A DNA stretch of 63,099 nt, the filler included, from Octopus bimaculoides (lineage: Eukaryota), in assembly GCF_001194135.2 (NCBI RefSeq). It is 6 parts of 6 records of this genome, joined end to end, with 100 filler letters (N's around TTAATTAATTAA, not from the genome) between each part and the next. Parts side by side here need not be neighbours in the genome. Positions count along the whole stretch, not along the records: positions 1 to 17,975 come from NC_068995.1; 5 more parts are not named here. One strand, 5' to 3'. The notes below the pieces were generated by a model. The model saw only the letters and a program-made list of their open reading frames with translations. It was not told the origin of the DNA and searched no databases. The translations under genes and the position numbers were made by a program. Below, one piece after another: positions 1 to 12,680 of the stretch (position 1 is its first letter; every line of letters starts with the position of its first letter).

Positions 1-126
1 TATATATATATATGTATATAAATATATATGTATATGTATATATATGTATATAAATATATATGTATATGTATATATATGTATATAAATATATGTATATACA
101 TATATGTGCATATATTTATATATATA

Positions 127-392
127 GGGTAATAAATTGAATATTAATTCAATTTAAAACCAAGTGGCCGAGCATATAAAAAAATCTGAAAATTCAGAAA
201 AAATTGTATTACACGTGTATAAGGGATGACCACTAGGTGGATATCCAATATGCTAGAAAGAGGTCATCAACGACCCAATATTCTGTATATTTCTCATTTT
301 GTCTTGTTTTGGTGTTTTGCGAAGTTTTTTTTTCTGGAGAACATTATTTTTTTTTTCTGGTTGGGTCGTTGATGACCTCTTTCTAGCATATT
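127..392. mobile_element. Foldback/MITE-like element with a perfect 32-bp inverted repeat (247-278 / 361-392)
   Basis: aatatgctagaaagaggtcatcaacgacccaa is the exact reverse complement of 361-392. A related copy lies at ~48284-48536. Confidence 0.6.
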
Positions 393-599
393 ATATGTGT
401 ATATATGTATTTCTGTATATATTAATAAATCTCAGGTTAGCAAAAAAATTTTAGAAATTATATTTGCTACCAGTGGTCTAGCGAGAAGAAAAACTAGTCA
501 ATAGACTGTATATTATTCATATAAATATATACAGTGTACATTTAAACACATCAGAGAGATGTCCCATAATAGGACATCTCTCTTATGTGTTTAAATATA

Positions 600-636
<37 letters not shown>

Positions 637-637
<1 letters not shown>

Positions 638-1937
638 TAGCAGTTAAGCCCGGTTTCACCCAGTCAGAGAACGACGCGAAGAGAGAAACGAAGACATAAA
701 AAAGAGGAAGAATGTCATGGTGAGTTAGTAAGGAGAGCAAAGCAAGACTGGACTTACGTGGGCTGGCAGGACGATGAAAAAATTGCGGAGTTGAAATTGG
801 AGCAGTTGTTATCATTGGAGTGCCTCTTGGTAGATAATATTCTTCGTCCTTCCCTCGGGTGCACAAATAGAAAGACCATGGGGACAGCCAACGTACAGTT
901 GTGCGTGTGAGAATACTTGCTCTGTCAGATTCAAACCAACCGCTTGCACTGATTGTCCCTGCGCCTTGTTGATTGTTATGGGAAAGCAGAGTTTGATGGG
1001 AAATTACATGTTTAAACTTGTAGGTCGTATCGGAGTGGGTAAGGGATATGGGAGTTATAAGTATGTCTTAGCCAGCGGCCGGTTCATTCAAGATTGTTGC
1101 CTACAGAACTCGGGAGCACAATTTTTTGATAATCATCCGCGTACCATTGCACATTATTGCAGCATCTAAATTCCTTAGCAGCATGATTGACGCGCCAACT
1201 TTCAAATGCAGTTCGTGAGCTGGTAGTTCTGCGGGTCCCCCCTTTTGCCAGATTTGTCATGGGCCGGCCGGTCTATCTCAGATACATGGGAAGCTGGATT
1301 AAAGTTTTCATCAACACAGGGGAGCCGAAATAAATTTTTTCAATGTCCAAGGGAAGCCAAATCGCGAAAAAGGTTGAGAAATGCTGATCTATAACGATGG
1401 TTTTTATTTAGGTACATCGTAAAAGTAATTATAATGAATTGCTTAATATAACGAAAAGTATGTTTTTTCAAGCAAATACAGTTAGAAAAAATATTTGCCA
1501 TTTCAAGTCATCACTAAAAACAAAGCTCATCAATTTTTGAATGAAATAATAATTTATTCTGTTATTCTAAGTAGTAAATTTTGCCCGAGAAATAAAGCAA
1601 ATAATCACCAAATGCATTGTTAAAAATCTGCAACTCGATAGCAAATATCTCCAAATTGATTAGAAATGCATAAATTTAATAACAATGTTTTTGAGATTCC
1701 GGTTCGAATGACATGAGTGTTTTTGTTTCACTTTTGACACGTAATACTTAAATAGTGGAGGAGATATGATGTTGCCGTGGGCTGGAAGTATGCAAGAAGT
1801 TAAAATTTGTTTTGACTAAAACACAACCGGGACCCTAAGTAAGACATGTGTAAAATTTGAATGAAATTGGTTGTGTAGTTCTGGAGTTTTAGGGATTCCC
1901 ACAGACACACAGACACACAGATATACATTCTCAATTT

Positions 1938-1945
<8 letters not shown>
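637..1945 (+). mobile_element. Non-autonomous Helitron/HINE (Lep1/DINE-like) element, possibly composite
   Basis: Starts tACTAGcagttaagcccgg next to (TA)n. Ends with aaatttgaatgaaattggttgtgtagttctggag...acagacacacagatatacattctc, the style typical of these elements. A hAT-like end (ggttgagaaatgctg) lies at ~1373-1387. Confidence 0.4.
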
Positions 1946-1987
<42 letters not shown>

Positions 1988-2029
1988 TATGTATATATAT
2001 ACATACATATATATATACATATATATTTT

Positions 2030-3091
2030 ATTTAATTTGCTTTGCGGGAAGGACTGTTTCAACGAAGTCGCGTATTGTCCTTGCCTTCGAAACGAGGAGT
2101 AGAAGAAACAGGGACAACTGACGAAGGGGTATACTGTTTATGTTGTATGTCTCGTTTCTCTGTTTGCTTTTTTTCGTTGTTCGCAAAAAAGTTCGTTTTC
2201 TATGTTTTGTTTTTATGTTTTCGTTTCTCATTGTGTTCAACGTTATTTTGATGTCTGTACCCATATATGCATGTATATATACATATATATGTAGGTATGT
2301 ACAGATATGTATCGATATATGCATATATTTATATATTATTTATATTAATATATGATAGAATGCCACGCATCCTTTTCCAAGAAAGTTTTATCCTAATAAT
2401 TACGATGCGCACTCTTCTATCTATTCTCTGTCTATCTCTCTCTCTCTTGTTCTTCATCCTTTCTGTTTCTCTCGCCCACCCTTTCCCTATTCTTCTCTCC
2501 CTTTCACCGTTCCCTCTCTCTCTCTCTCACTTTTCCTCTTTGACTCTCTCGTCGCTGACACGTGACGAAAGGGGATCTCTCTATCTGTCGTCTGTCTTCC
2601 TAAAAAAAAGACGTGTCTTTTTCTGTCTCTTCTCTCATGGCTCGTCTACCTAGCGTTCATAATAATTTTTCTATCATCTTGGCTCAACAGTCCCCACCGC
2701 TTGTTTTTACTGTCTTGTTCTCACTGTCCTGTTCTTGTTAACAATTTCACCCTCCGCATAAAATCCCACATTTTATTTAATTTACTTTGCGGGAAGGCCT
2801 GTTTCAACGAAGTTACGTATTGTCCTTGCCTTCGAAACGCAGAGTAGAAGAAACAGGGACAACTGACGAAGGGGTATACTCTTTATGTTGCATGTCTCGT
2901 TTCTCTGTTTGTTTTTTTTTCGTTGATCGCAAAAAAGTTCGTTTTCTATGTTTTGTTTTTATGTTTTCGTTTCTCATTGTGTTCAACGTTTTTTTTTATG
3001 TCCTGTACCCATATATGCATAGATATATACATATATATGTAGGTATGTACATATATGTATCGATATATGCATATATTTATATATTATTTAT

Positions 3092-3095
<4 letters not shown>
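2030..3095 (+). mobile_element. A-B-A repeat (A 2030-2352 and 2773-3095; B 2356-2772), pseudo-LTR-like non-autonomous element
   Basis: The two A copies are near-identical. The same A and B modules recur at 48560-49382. Confidence 0.6.
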
Positions 3096-3147
<52 letters not shown>

Positions 3148-3171
3148 TATGCATTACGTTTGTCTCCTGAA

Positions 3172-4495
3172 GCTGCTGCATGACCATTCAGATGTCGAAG
3201 TAATATATCTTGACTTTGCAAAGGCCTTCGAGAAAGTTAATTAAGGCATGTTGTCACAAGCTGTGACATAACATAAAAAGCTGGTAAACTAGGAAAGTTG
3301 CTTGATGACTTCCTAAACAATAGAATTCAAACTGTTGCATCCAATGGTGCACTCTGTAGGGAAACACAAATTTTGTAGGTGTGTATCAGGGAACTGTCCT
3401 AGGGTTATTACTGTTTATACTAGTCCTCTTAGACATGCCGACAGTCACTCAGACAGTCACTGTCACTAGCTACGCCGATGATACAAAATTATCACAGGCT
3501 CTAAAGTATCCTAATGATGTCATAAACCTACAGAACGACCTAAATGCAATATGCAATTGGGCAGAGCAAAATAATATGCAATTTTATGCTGAAAAATTTC
3601 AAGCACTACGCTATAAGATCACAAATGCTCTACAACCGGCATTTACAGGATCTGGAATCCCAAATTCACAAATACTGAGAGACCTGGGCATCAGCATATG
3701 CAATGATACATCATTTCATATACACATTACCAAGTTGATAGCAAAGTGAAGACAACTCGCGGGATGGATACTAAGGACAATCAGAACAAGAGATCAAGAA
3801 GTCATGTTGACTCTATGGAAGACCTTTGTCCTGAACCGCTTAGTCTACTGCTCTCAGCTGTGGTCACCACGCAGTGTCAAGCTAATAACGGGGCTTGAAG
3901 CAATCCAGCGTCACTATACTAAAAAGATTGCTACAGTCCATCAGATGAACTACAGGGAAAGGCTGAAAGGACTACGATTCTACTCCTTAGAGCACAGACG
4001 TGAGAGATATGTAATAATTTACATCTGGAAAATACTGGAAGGACTAGTACCCAATTTTGGCATCAAGTGTGATATTAATGCTCGTACTGGATGCCACTGC
4101 ATAGTACCGTCCAATGCATCTAATATAAAAACCAGGTGCTGCAATAGCCTAGGGTTTAGAGGACCACAGCTCTTCAATGCTCTGCCAAAACAATTGAGAA
4201 ACTTACACGATATAGATGTGGAAGTCTCCAAAAAGAAATTGGACTCTCTCCTATCCGCAATACGAGACGAACCAATTCCTCGACATAGGGCAGTTGAGGC
4301 AACAGTGTCAAATTCTATCATACACCAGATGGGCTATAGAAAAATTTTGATAGGATCGCATTAGTCAGAGCAGAGGAACCATGGAAGGATTTTAGAGAGA
4401 GTACAAAAATAAAGAGTGAAAAACCATGGTGGTGCTCCAGCATGACCATAGCCAACTGGCTGAAACACATAAAAGAATAAATAAAGAATAAAAGA
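3172..4495 (+). mobile_element. CR1/L2-group LINE, 5'-truncated, degenerate RT and C-terminus plus 3' tail
   Basis: LDFAKAF-like, QGTVLG, YADDTK and YCSQLWSP...LEAIQR motifs in ORFs 3381-3749 and 3804-4364, with stops and frameshifts. Confidence 0.9.
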
Positions 4496-4689
4496 ATATA
4501 TGTATATGTATATATATACGTGTATATGTATATATATATGTATATGTATGTATATGTATATAAATGTATATATATGTATATATCTATATGTACCGGAGTA
4601 AGCACATAGAATGTGCAACAAGGTGGAAAAAAGAGTACTCAAATAGCAGAGGTAGAGTAATATGCTTTATTTAAAAGCAGCAGAAATAT

Positions 4690-4743
4690 AACAAAAGACT
4701 GTTACTCTGAGTTTCACGTTCCCGTTCATCGGACAGTTTTGTT
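4690..4743 (-). ncRNA. Minimal type-I hammerhead ribozyme-like motif
   Basis: Minus strand: AACAAAACTGT-CCGATGA-ACG(GGAA)CGT-GAA-ACTC(A)GAGT-A-ACAGT(C)TTTTGTT. All three stems pair; the core has a U4C change. Confidence 0.6.
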
Positions 4744-5569
4744 AGAAATGGGAAATGAATAACAATGCAATCAAAAGTAATATAAAATTTAAAATTTGAA
4801 ACACATAGATCTGTTTGATTGGTCGTTTCAAATAACGGTCATCGATGCGTAATGAACAACAAATGAATTTAATATAGATTCATCCTATTTTTAATAAAAT
4901 CGAAGAAAACCTTAAATAGAAAAATGGGCTCAAATTACATATAATTAATTATATTCGAATTAACACATTAAAATAAAATAAAATAAAATATACGCTACAT
5001 TCAAAATAAAATAAAATTACAATAGCATATACGCATACTAGACTATCCACAACATATATATACATCAAAATACACAGATGTATACGTACAGATAATCTAC
5101 GTATATAGGTATATATTTGCAATGCACAAATATATACAGGAAGACAAATTTATACACATACACATACAGACGCATTTAAGCTCGCGCACGAAAAAACTTA
5201 CGCGCTGGTAACAAAAATTGTATCTTAACCTATGAAATAGAGGGGGAAAGGGTAACATATCGATAATAACGTTACTAATATAGAAAGGGAGAAAGTGTGG
5301 CTATCGTGAGGAAGGAAAGGAAGAAAGAAAGAGAGAAAGAAAGAAAGACCGAAAGGAAGAAAAGAGAGAAAGGTGGGAATGGGAAGAAAGAAGTAGAGAA
5401 AGAAAATGAGCAAGAACGCATGTATATAGTAAACCTACATAAAATTTAGACTGCGTATATATGTGTATACAAAAATGTATATTAGCATCACGTATATAGA
5501 TATATATGGGGATATGTACGTAGATACTCACAAACATAACCGTATACATGCGTATGCACACATTCACTG

Positions 5570-7487
5570 TTGCTGTCATCAGCCATGCTTCTTCTAGCTC
5601 TGGGAGTACTTTGCCTACTCGCACTCTGGCCACACGTTTGCCACAGTACGACGGCAACAGCACCCATTCCTCCGATCGTATAGCCTCCGTGGAGTTCTTA
5701 ATTGCTTCTACTTCTGTTGCAAAGCGTACCTCCACAGTGGCATACGTTCTTCCTCTTGTTACAAATGTTGTTTGCTTCCTGATACTTTTCAGGCATTCCT
5801 CAATCTCCTCCACTGTCGCGAGCTCTATCTTTCTAGTTGCTATTTTCATGGTCTTAAATACCACAGTTATCTTTCTTACTCCGCTTATCAGTTCCACAGG
5901 TGGTGTCAACTTCAGCGTGTCTCCGACCTTCGCCAGCAACTTCTCACATTCTTTCATCTTCTTCGGCTACACTTTAATTTCAATTATTTCTAGTTTTCCT
6001 TCCTCTGTTCCTCTTTCGGTTGCGGCCGCATAACTCTGGCCACCCAACGGCGCCTTCTCCATTTTCCACAACGGGAAGATATAAAAACAGTGAACAATAT
6101 CAACAATTAACAGCAATAATTAACACTCAATTTTTCAACAAAAAATACTCAACGTTGTAACTCACATCAAAAAACTCTCCGTCATCGACAACTCAAATTC
6201 CAAAAAACTGCCGCTCAACGTTTTCTTTATTAGGCACTACGGCCATACCACAGAGGGGGACACTACAAGGACAGGCACAGCACCACAATGGTGACACAAA
6301 ACATGAAACGAATGGCAACGAGATGTTATATAATGTAGAAATGAAATGGCTGCATGGGCCCCATAACCATGCAGTACCATTTGAATCGTTTATATAAACT
6401 ATTTACCATCGTTCACTTTTTCTATTGTTTTTCTTAATTATCTGTTTTTTCTCTCTTTTTTTTAAAAATTATATTTATAACATAAAACACTTACCTTTTT
6501 TTCCTTTTTTGTTTCTCTTCTTTTTTTGCCAGAATTAAAAAAAAAATTTATTAATACCTCATAAACGGCTCCAAGTCCCTGAGTTCGATCACTGGTGGCN
6601 NNNNNNNNNNNNNNNNNNNNNNNNNNNNNNNNNNNNNNNNNNNNNNNNNNNNNNNNNNNNNNNNNNNNNNNNNNNNNNNNNNNNNNNNNNNNNNNNNNNN
6701 NNNNNNNNNNNNNNNNNNNNNNNNNNNNNNNNNNNNNNNNNNNNNNNNNNNNNNNNNNNNNNNNNNNNNNNNNNNNNNNNNNNNNNNNNNNNNNNNNNNN
6801 NNNNNNNNNNNNNNNNNNNNNNNNNNNNNNNNNNNNNNNNNNNNNNNNNNNNNNNNNNNNNNNNNNNNNNNNNNNNNNNNNNNNNNNNNNNNNNNNNNNN
6901 NNNNNNNNNNNNNNNNNNNNNATTTCATCCTCGCATGTTTTAACTCTCGAATCTTTCTCCTTCGCTGGTGAAACCTGCGTCATTAGCAATGTTCCCTCCT
7001 TCTGTAAATCCACCTGTTTAGTAATTGCCTTCTCTCTTTCTTTCTCCGTCACCTCTTCGTCTGCCTTCCCTCTGGTCACAGCTTTCTTTTCCACTTTCTT
7101 CTTTTTCTGGTTCTCTGGTGGCGAGTTTGTTCTTCCACTTCTCCTTCGTTTTCTTTCCACTACCGTGAATCCCTCCTCCGTTGTATTTTCTTCTATCTCT
7201 GCCTGTACTACCTGGTTCGTGTTCTCCTGCTTTTCTGTTGGTTCTCTCTGCGGGCATCTCGCCTTCATGTGGCCTTTCTCGCCACATGCAAAACATATAG
7301 GCGGCTTGCCCTCCACTTTCACTCTTAATCTTAGGTCGTCGGGCAGCACTATCTCTTCATCGATTCTATTTAGGTCTTCCACTGTTGCCTGGATAGTGAG
7401 TTCGATTCCATAAACCCAGTAATCCACACTTTGTGTTCTTGTGGCCTTCAATATCTTGGTCACTTCCTTCATATTGTACATTATTGA
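5570..7487 (-). mobile_element. LINE with gag-like ORF1 (CX2CX4HX4C knuckle; L1/Tx1-like by inference), circularly permuted
   Basis: 7487-6922 encodes the ORF1 C-half with CFACGEKGHMKARC. 6599-6223 is the 3' end finishing aataaagaaa. 6222-5570 is the 5' UTR plus ORF1 N-half (ATG 6062). Homologous to the colinear copy at 24258-24940. Confidence 0.8.
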
Positions 7488-7871
7488 AATTACTACTACC
7501 CCTTCAATTAGATTATATAGAATTTAAATTCTTGTTTGATTCACTAGACTGTTGAACAGCAGCATAGTCAAGATGGTATGTTTTCTTCTCTTACTCTTGT
7601 TTTTTGCACACATCTACAAAATGACTTTCTAAAATGAAATTCCATTATGCAGCTGAGGAGTACATTTTCATTGTACATTTTATGTAGTGTTCTCACTACA
7701 TGAATAAATGGAGCTTGTACGAAACGTACGTACTGCTATAACCTATTGAATTTTTGTTGCTTTTCTTCAAATATATTTATATATATATATGTGTGTATAC
7801 ATATATAAGTGTATATATTTATGTATGTATATATATGCATGTATATGTATATAGATGTATATATGTCTGTG

Positions 7872-7902
<31 letters not shown>

Positions 7903-7959
7903 ATTTATGTATACATGTGTGTATATATATGTGAGAAAATTTTAAACTGAAGGACATGT

Positions 7960-10110
7960 CTCCGGACATATTGAAATGCCTCATCTTTGTGCAAGGTTTG
8001 ACGGCAAACAAAGATGCAGAAATATGTGCATGGATTCTTACAAAACTAGAACAGGAGGACTAGAATTTAACCCTGAAGGCAGTAGAAGAGGAATGTCAAA
8101 GAATTATTAACTTGCGACAGGATGTAAAGAAAAGGGAAAAAAAATTCTCTCAAGTACAGACATGTCGACCGGGAATAAATAAAGAAAAAGGAATGTTACG
8201 ACCAAATCAATGCTATGGGTGTAGAGGTCTGTATTTTAAGAAAGACTGTCCATTTCAAACTCGGAAATGTTTTAGTTGTCAAAAAAATAGGACATAAAAG
8301 CTCGCACTGCATAATGAAGCAAAAATGGTCGGAAAAAACTTCCAAAAAGGTTTACTCAACGGGAAGTCGTGACGACACCCAAAAATGAAAGTATGCGTAT
8401 GTAAAAATGAACGACGCGAACGTGAAACTAAAATTAGACACAGGTAGTGACATTACAATTATTGATACGGACACGTGGAAGAAAATTGGGAAACCTACAT
8501 TAAAGAAAACATCGAAAAGTGCGCGCGATGTCACAGGTGAAAGATTATACTTCTAAGGCGAAATGGTAAGCGACATTACATTTCGTGGCAAACCCTGTAA
8601 AGCAAAAGTGTTTGTGTTAAACAACGCAACAAACTTGTTCAATACTGTCTGGCTGGAGTTGTTTGATTTATGGGACCTCCTCATAAATCTGCCTGTAAAA
8701 ACATAAATAATTGTTCTTCCAGTAAGAAGAATAAGGCATCAGATGAATTGAAGAAAAAATTTTAAAATGCTTTTCCCGAAGTGTTGGATAAATTAGGTTT
8801 GTGTACTTAGAGTGAGGCATGTTTCCAAATTAATGAAAATGCAATACCAGTGTTCAAACCAAAATGAAGGTACCTTTTGCTGCGATAACACAGGTCGATG
8901 AAAAATTAGAGAGATTAGAGAAAATTGGCGTCATCCAAAAAGTGGAATATGCAAAATGGGCGGCTCCAACGGTGTATATTAGAAAAAAAAAATGAATAAA
9001 AAAACCCCAGAGTGTGTGCCGATTTTTCCACTGGCTTGAATGAATGTCTGAAAACGTGTCACTATCTGCTACCTACGACAGAAGATGTTTTTGAGAAGTT
9101 AAACGGGAGCAAAATATTTTCGAAAGTGGATTCATTCGATGCATACCTGCAAATTAGAGTAGACGAGGAATGCTCAAAATACCTGACGGTGAATACGAAT
9201 AAAGGACTATATAAATATAACATTACCATTTGGTTTAAAGGTCGCACCTCTAAGTTTTCAACAGATTATGGATGCAATGTTAGCGGACTGTGAATTCGCA
9301 ATTCCATACCTGGATGATATATTAATTAAAAGTGAATTTCGTGATCAGCATGTCGAGCATGTAATGTGTCGAGCATGTAATGAGGAAAAATGTGAATTTT
9401 TACCTACAATTAAGTATTTAGGACAAATTATCGACAGGAATGGACGACGACCGGACCCGTCGAGGGCATACGCAATTAAACATATGCCTCCTCCGACTAA
9501 TATAACGACCTTACAAGCTTTTCTAAGTCTAGTGAATTATCAAAATTATATACCAAATATACAAGAATTGAGAGCTCCACTAAATAATTTGCTAAAAAAG
9601 GATGTGAAATGGAATTGGTCAAAATAATTGTCAAAAGGCGTTTGACGATATTAAAAAAATATAAATATCAGATTTGTTACTGGCTCATTTCGATCCTGCA
9701 GCGGAGATTGTTGTAGCTTCTGACGCATCTGAATACAGCATAGGAGCAGTAATGCTACACAAATATAAAAACGGTAATATGAAGGCGGTGGTTCATGCCT
9801 CACGTTCTCTGATAGCGGCAGAGAAAAACTATAGTTAAATAGAGAAAGAAGCTCTAGTGATCATTTTTGCCGTGAAGAAATTTCACAGATTTTTGCAGGG
9901 CAGAAGTTTTAGGCTACAAACTGATCACCGACCATTATTATCGATTTTTGGTTTAAAAAAACTGGAATTCCTACCCATACAGTAAATAGGTTACAGCGCT
10001 GCGGTACAATGTTATTGAATTACAACTTTAAAATGGAGTATATACAATCCAAGAGGTTAGGCCATGCAGATTGTTTATCAAGGCTAATTCAAAAAACTAT
10101 TCGAAGATAC
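7960..10110 (+). mobile_element. Ty3/gypsy LTR retrotransposon internal region (gag knuckles, protease, RT, RNase H), degenerate
   Basis: KLDTGSDIT protease, CADFSTGLN...YLDDILI RT, and DASEYSIGAV...EKEAL...TDHRPLL RNase H, with many stops and frameshifts. Confidence 0.92.
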
Positions 10111-10325
10111 CTTGATTTCCGCATAATGTAGGTGTCTTCAGAACAAATCTGGATCTCATCCTGTCAAGAGTTCCGAATAACCTACCTCGCGGCAAGAAGC
10201 GCAGATGAACATGAAACACCCTCATCCATCAGATTCCATATATCAGAGGAGGTTTAGTGAAAGTGTAGAAAAGCTAACGCGGTGCTCTAGCATGGCCGCA
10301 GTTCCCGAGCTGAAACTAGTAGAGA
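10110..10325 (+). mobile_element. CR1-like LINE 3' fragment with SINE-shared tail
   Basis: VFRTNLDLILSRVPN resembles the CR1 C-terminus at 4220-4290. It is followed by gctctagcatggccgcagt...ctgaaac. Confidence 0.5.
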
Positions 10326-11404
10326 ATATATATATGTACTATATTGGATACACGGTGTTCGTTTGGTATGTTGATTCTCTGTTTACTGCTATTTTTCTAG
10401 ACCATATTATACTGACGAGTAGAGGTTGTATAATACTACAATAACTACGAAATCATGATCTATAATTCAGTCTGTTTTTAAGGGGTTGGCTTTGAGAGTT
10501 GCATTTCCTCGCGTTCGGTAAAAATGTGTTTTTTTATGGTAGTCTGACCTTAGAGTCCCTCATAGCGTGAGGCATTATTGTATAGTAATGCCCTTATATA
10601 ANNNNNNNNNNNNNNNNNNNNNNNNNNNNNNNNNNNNNNNNNNNNNNNNNNNNNNNNNNNNNNNNNNNNNNNNNNNNNNNNNNNNNNNNNNNNNNNNNNN
10701 NNNNNNNNNNNNNNNNNNNNNNNNNNNNNNNNNNNNNNNNNNNNNNNNNNNNNNNNNNNNNNNNNNNNNNNNNNNNNNNNNNNNNNNNNNNNNNNNNNNN
10801 NNNNNNNNNNNNNNNNNNNNNNNNNNNNNNNNNNNNNNNNNNNNNNNNNNNNNNNNNNNNNNNNNNNNNNNNNNNNNNNNNNNNNNNNNNNNNNNNNNNN
10901 NNNNNNNNNNNNNNNNNNNNNNNNNNNNNNNNNNNNNNNNNNNNNNNNNNNNNNNNNNNNNNNNNNNNNNNNNNNNNNNNNNNNNNNNNNNNNNNNNNNN
11001 NNNNNNNNNNNNNNNNNNNNNNNNNNNNNNNNNNNNNNNNNNNNNNNNNNNNNNNNNNNNNNNNNNNNNNNNNNNNNNNNNNNNNNNNNNNNNNNNNNNN
11101 NNNNNNNNNNNNNNNNNNNNNNNNNNNNNNNNNNNNNNNNNNNNNNNNNNNNNNNNNNNNNNNNNNNNNNNNNNNNNNNNNNNNNNNNNNNNNNNNNNNN
11201 NNNNNNNNNNNNNNNNNNNNNNNNNNNNNNNNNNNNNNNNNNNNNNNNNNNNNNNNNNNNNNNNNNNNNNNNNNNNNNNNNNNNNNNNNNNNNNNNNNNN
11301 NNNNNNNNNNNNNNNNNNNNNNNNNNNNNNNNNNNNNNNNNNNNNNNNNNNNNNNNNNNNNNNNNNNNNNNNNNNNNNNNNNNNNNNNNNNNNNNNNNNN
11401 NNNN

Positions 11405-11443
<39 letters not shown>

Positions 11444-11840
11444 ACAATTAATGACAATTGAATTTTTCCTTTTGGTTTTACATTGCTTATAGCCGTCTTC
11501 GTTATCTTATAATTTTCAAATGACTATTTTGCTGAATCATCCACTGATTTATATAGTAAATACTATATACTAATTTAGCCAAACTATCCAGCAATGGAGT
11601 AGTCATCACTGATGAGCTTTTAATTCAAAGCAAAACAAGACTAGTGTGATGATCTTCCTCGCGTGGGGTGGAGCGGTAATCTCCCTTGTCAGTACATAGG
11701 CATGTACGGGTTTTAGTAAGGGCTTTTAGCTCTTATTTCTAGCAATGTATATGCTAACGTGCACTGTCAGTCACAATTAATGACAATTGAATTTTTCCTT
11801 TTTGGTTTTATATTATAGCTGCCTTCGTCACACACACACA

Positions 11841-11909
<69 letters not shown>

Positions 11910-12117
11910 GCACGAAGGCACGCACGCGCGCGCACACACACACACACAGAGTCACAATGAGGATATCTAAACCTCTTATAGGGATATTTTATCCAAGATA
12001 CACTGGTTTAATATATTATATTTTGAAGATATATTTCTTCAATGAATAGATTATATAAAATATCGTAAAATCCTAAATATTATTATCGAGTTAGGAAACA
12101 GGGAGGTCTAATCGATA

Positions 12118-12680
12118 CAAATTAATTAATTAACATATTCACCTACAATTGTTTTATTTCACAAACAAAATTAAAATTACAAGACATATAAATATATATT
12201 TTGCATTTTAAATACCTTGGATGGAAAATCATCAGGGTGTACAAAGGACAATACAAGGATTACATTAAGATAAGTTTAGAATACGCAGAATATATAGGCA
12301 TGTTTATTATGTGTGTATGTATATGTGTGTGCACGCGTGCGTTAAAATTATTACTTTCATTCTTAATTCAATAACAACAATTATAATAATTATGGATAAT
12401 GGGTTATTGTTCATGTTTATTACTATTATTGAATTAAAAATGAAAGTAATAATTAATGAAAGTAATAATTTTAACGCATGCATGTACACACATAATAAAC
12501 ATGTCTATATATTCTGAGTATTCTAAACGTATCTTAATGTAATCCTTGTATTGTCCTTTGCCTGCTGATTCTCCATATAAGGTATTTAAAATGCAAAATT
12601 ATATATTTACATATGCTTTATAATTTAAATTTTGCTTGTGAAATGAAACAATTTTAGGTGAATATGTTAATTGATTAATA
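12118..12680. repeat. Long foldback (inverted repeat arms ~260-280 bp, short spacer)
   Basis: attaattaattaacatattcacctacaattg...ttcattcttaattcaataa is mirrored by ttattgaattaaaaatgaa...caattttaggtgaatatgttaattgattaat. Confidence 0.8.

Noticed and set aside
11441-11820. 50-bp repeat at 11441 and 11769
   Set aside because: Short and adjacent to microsatellite and gap; probably slippage or an assembly effect.
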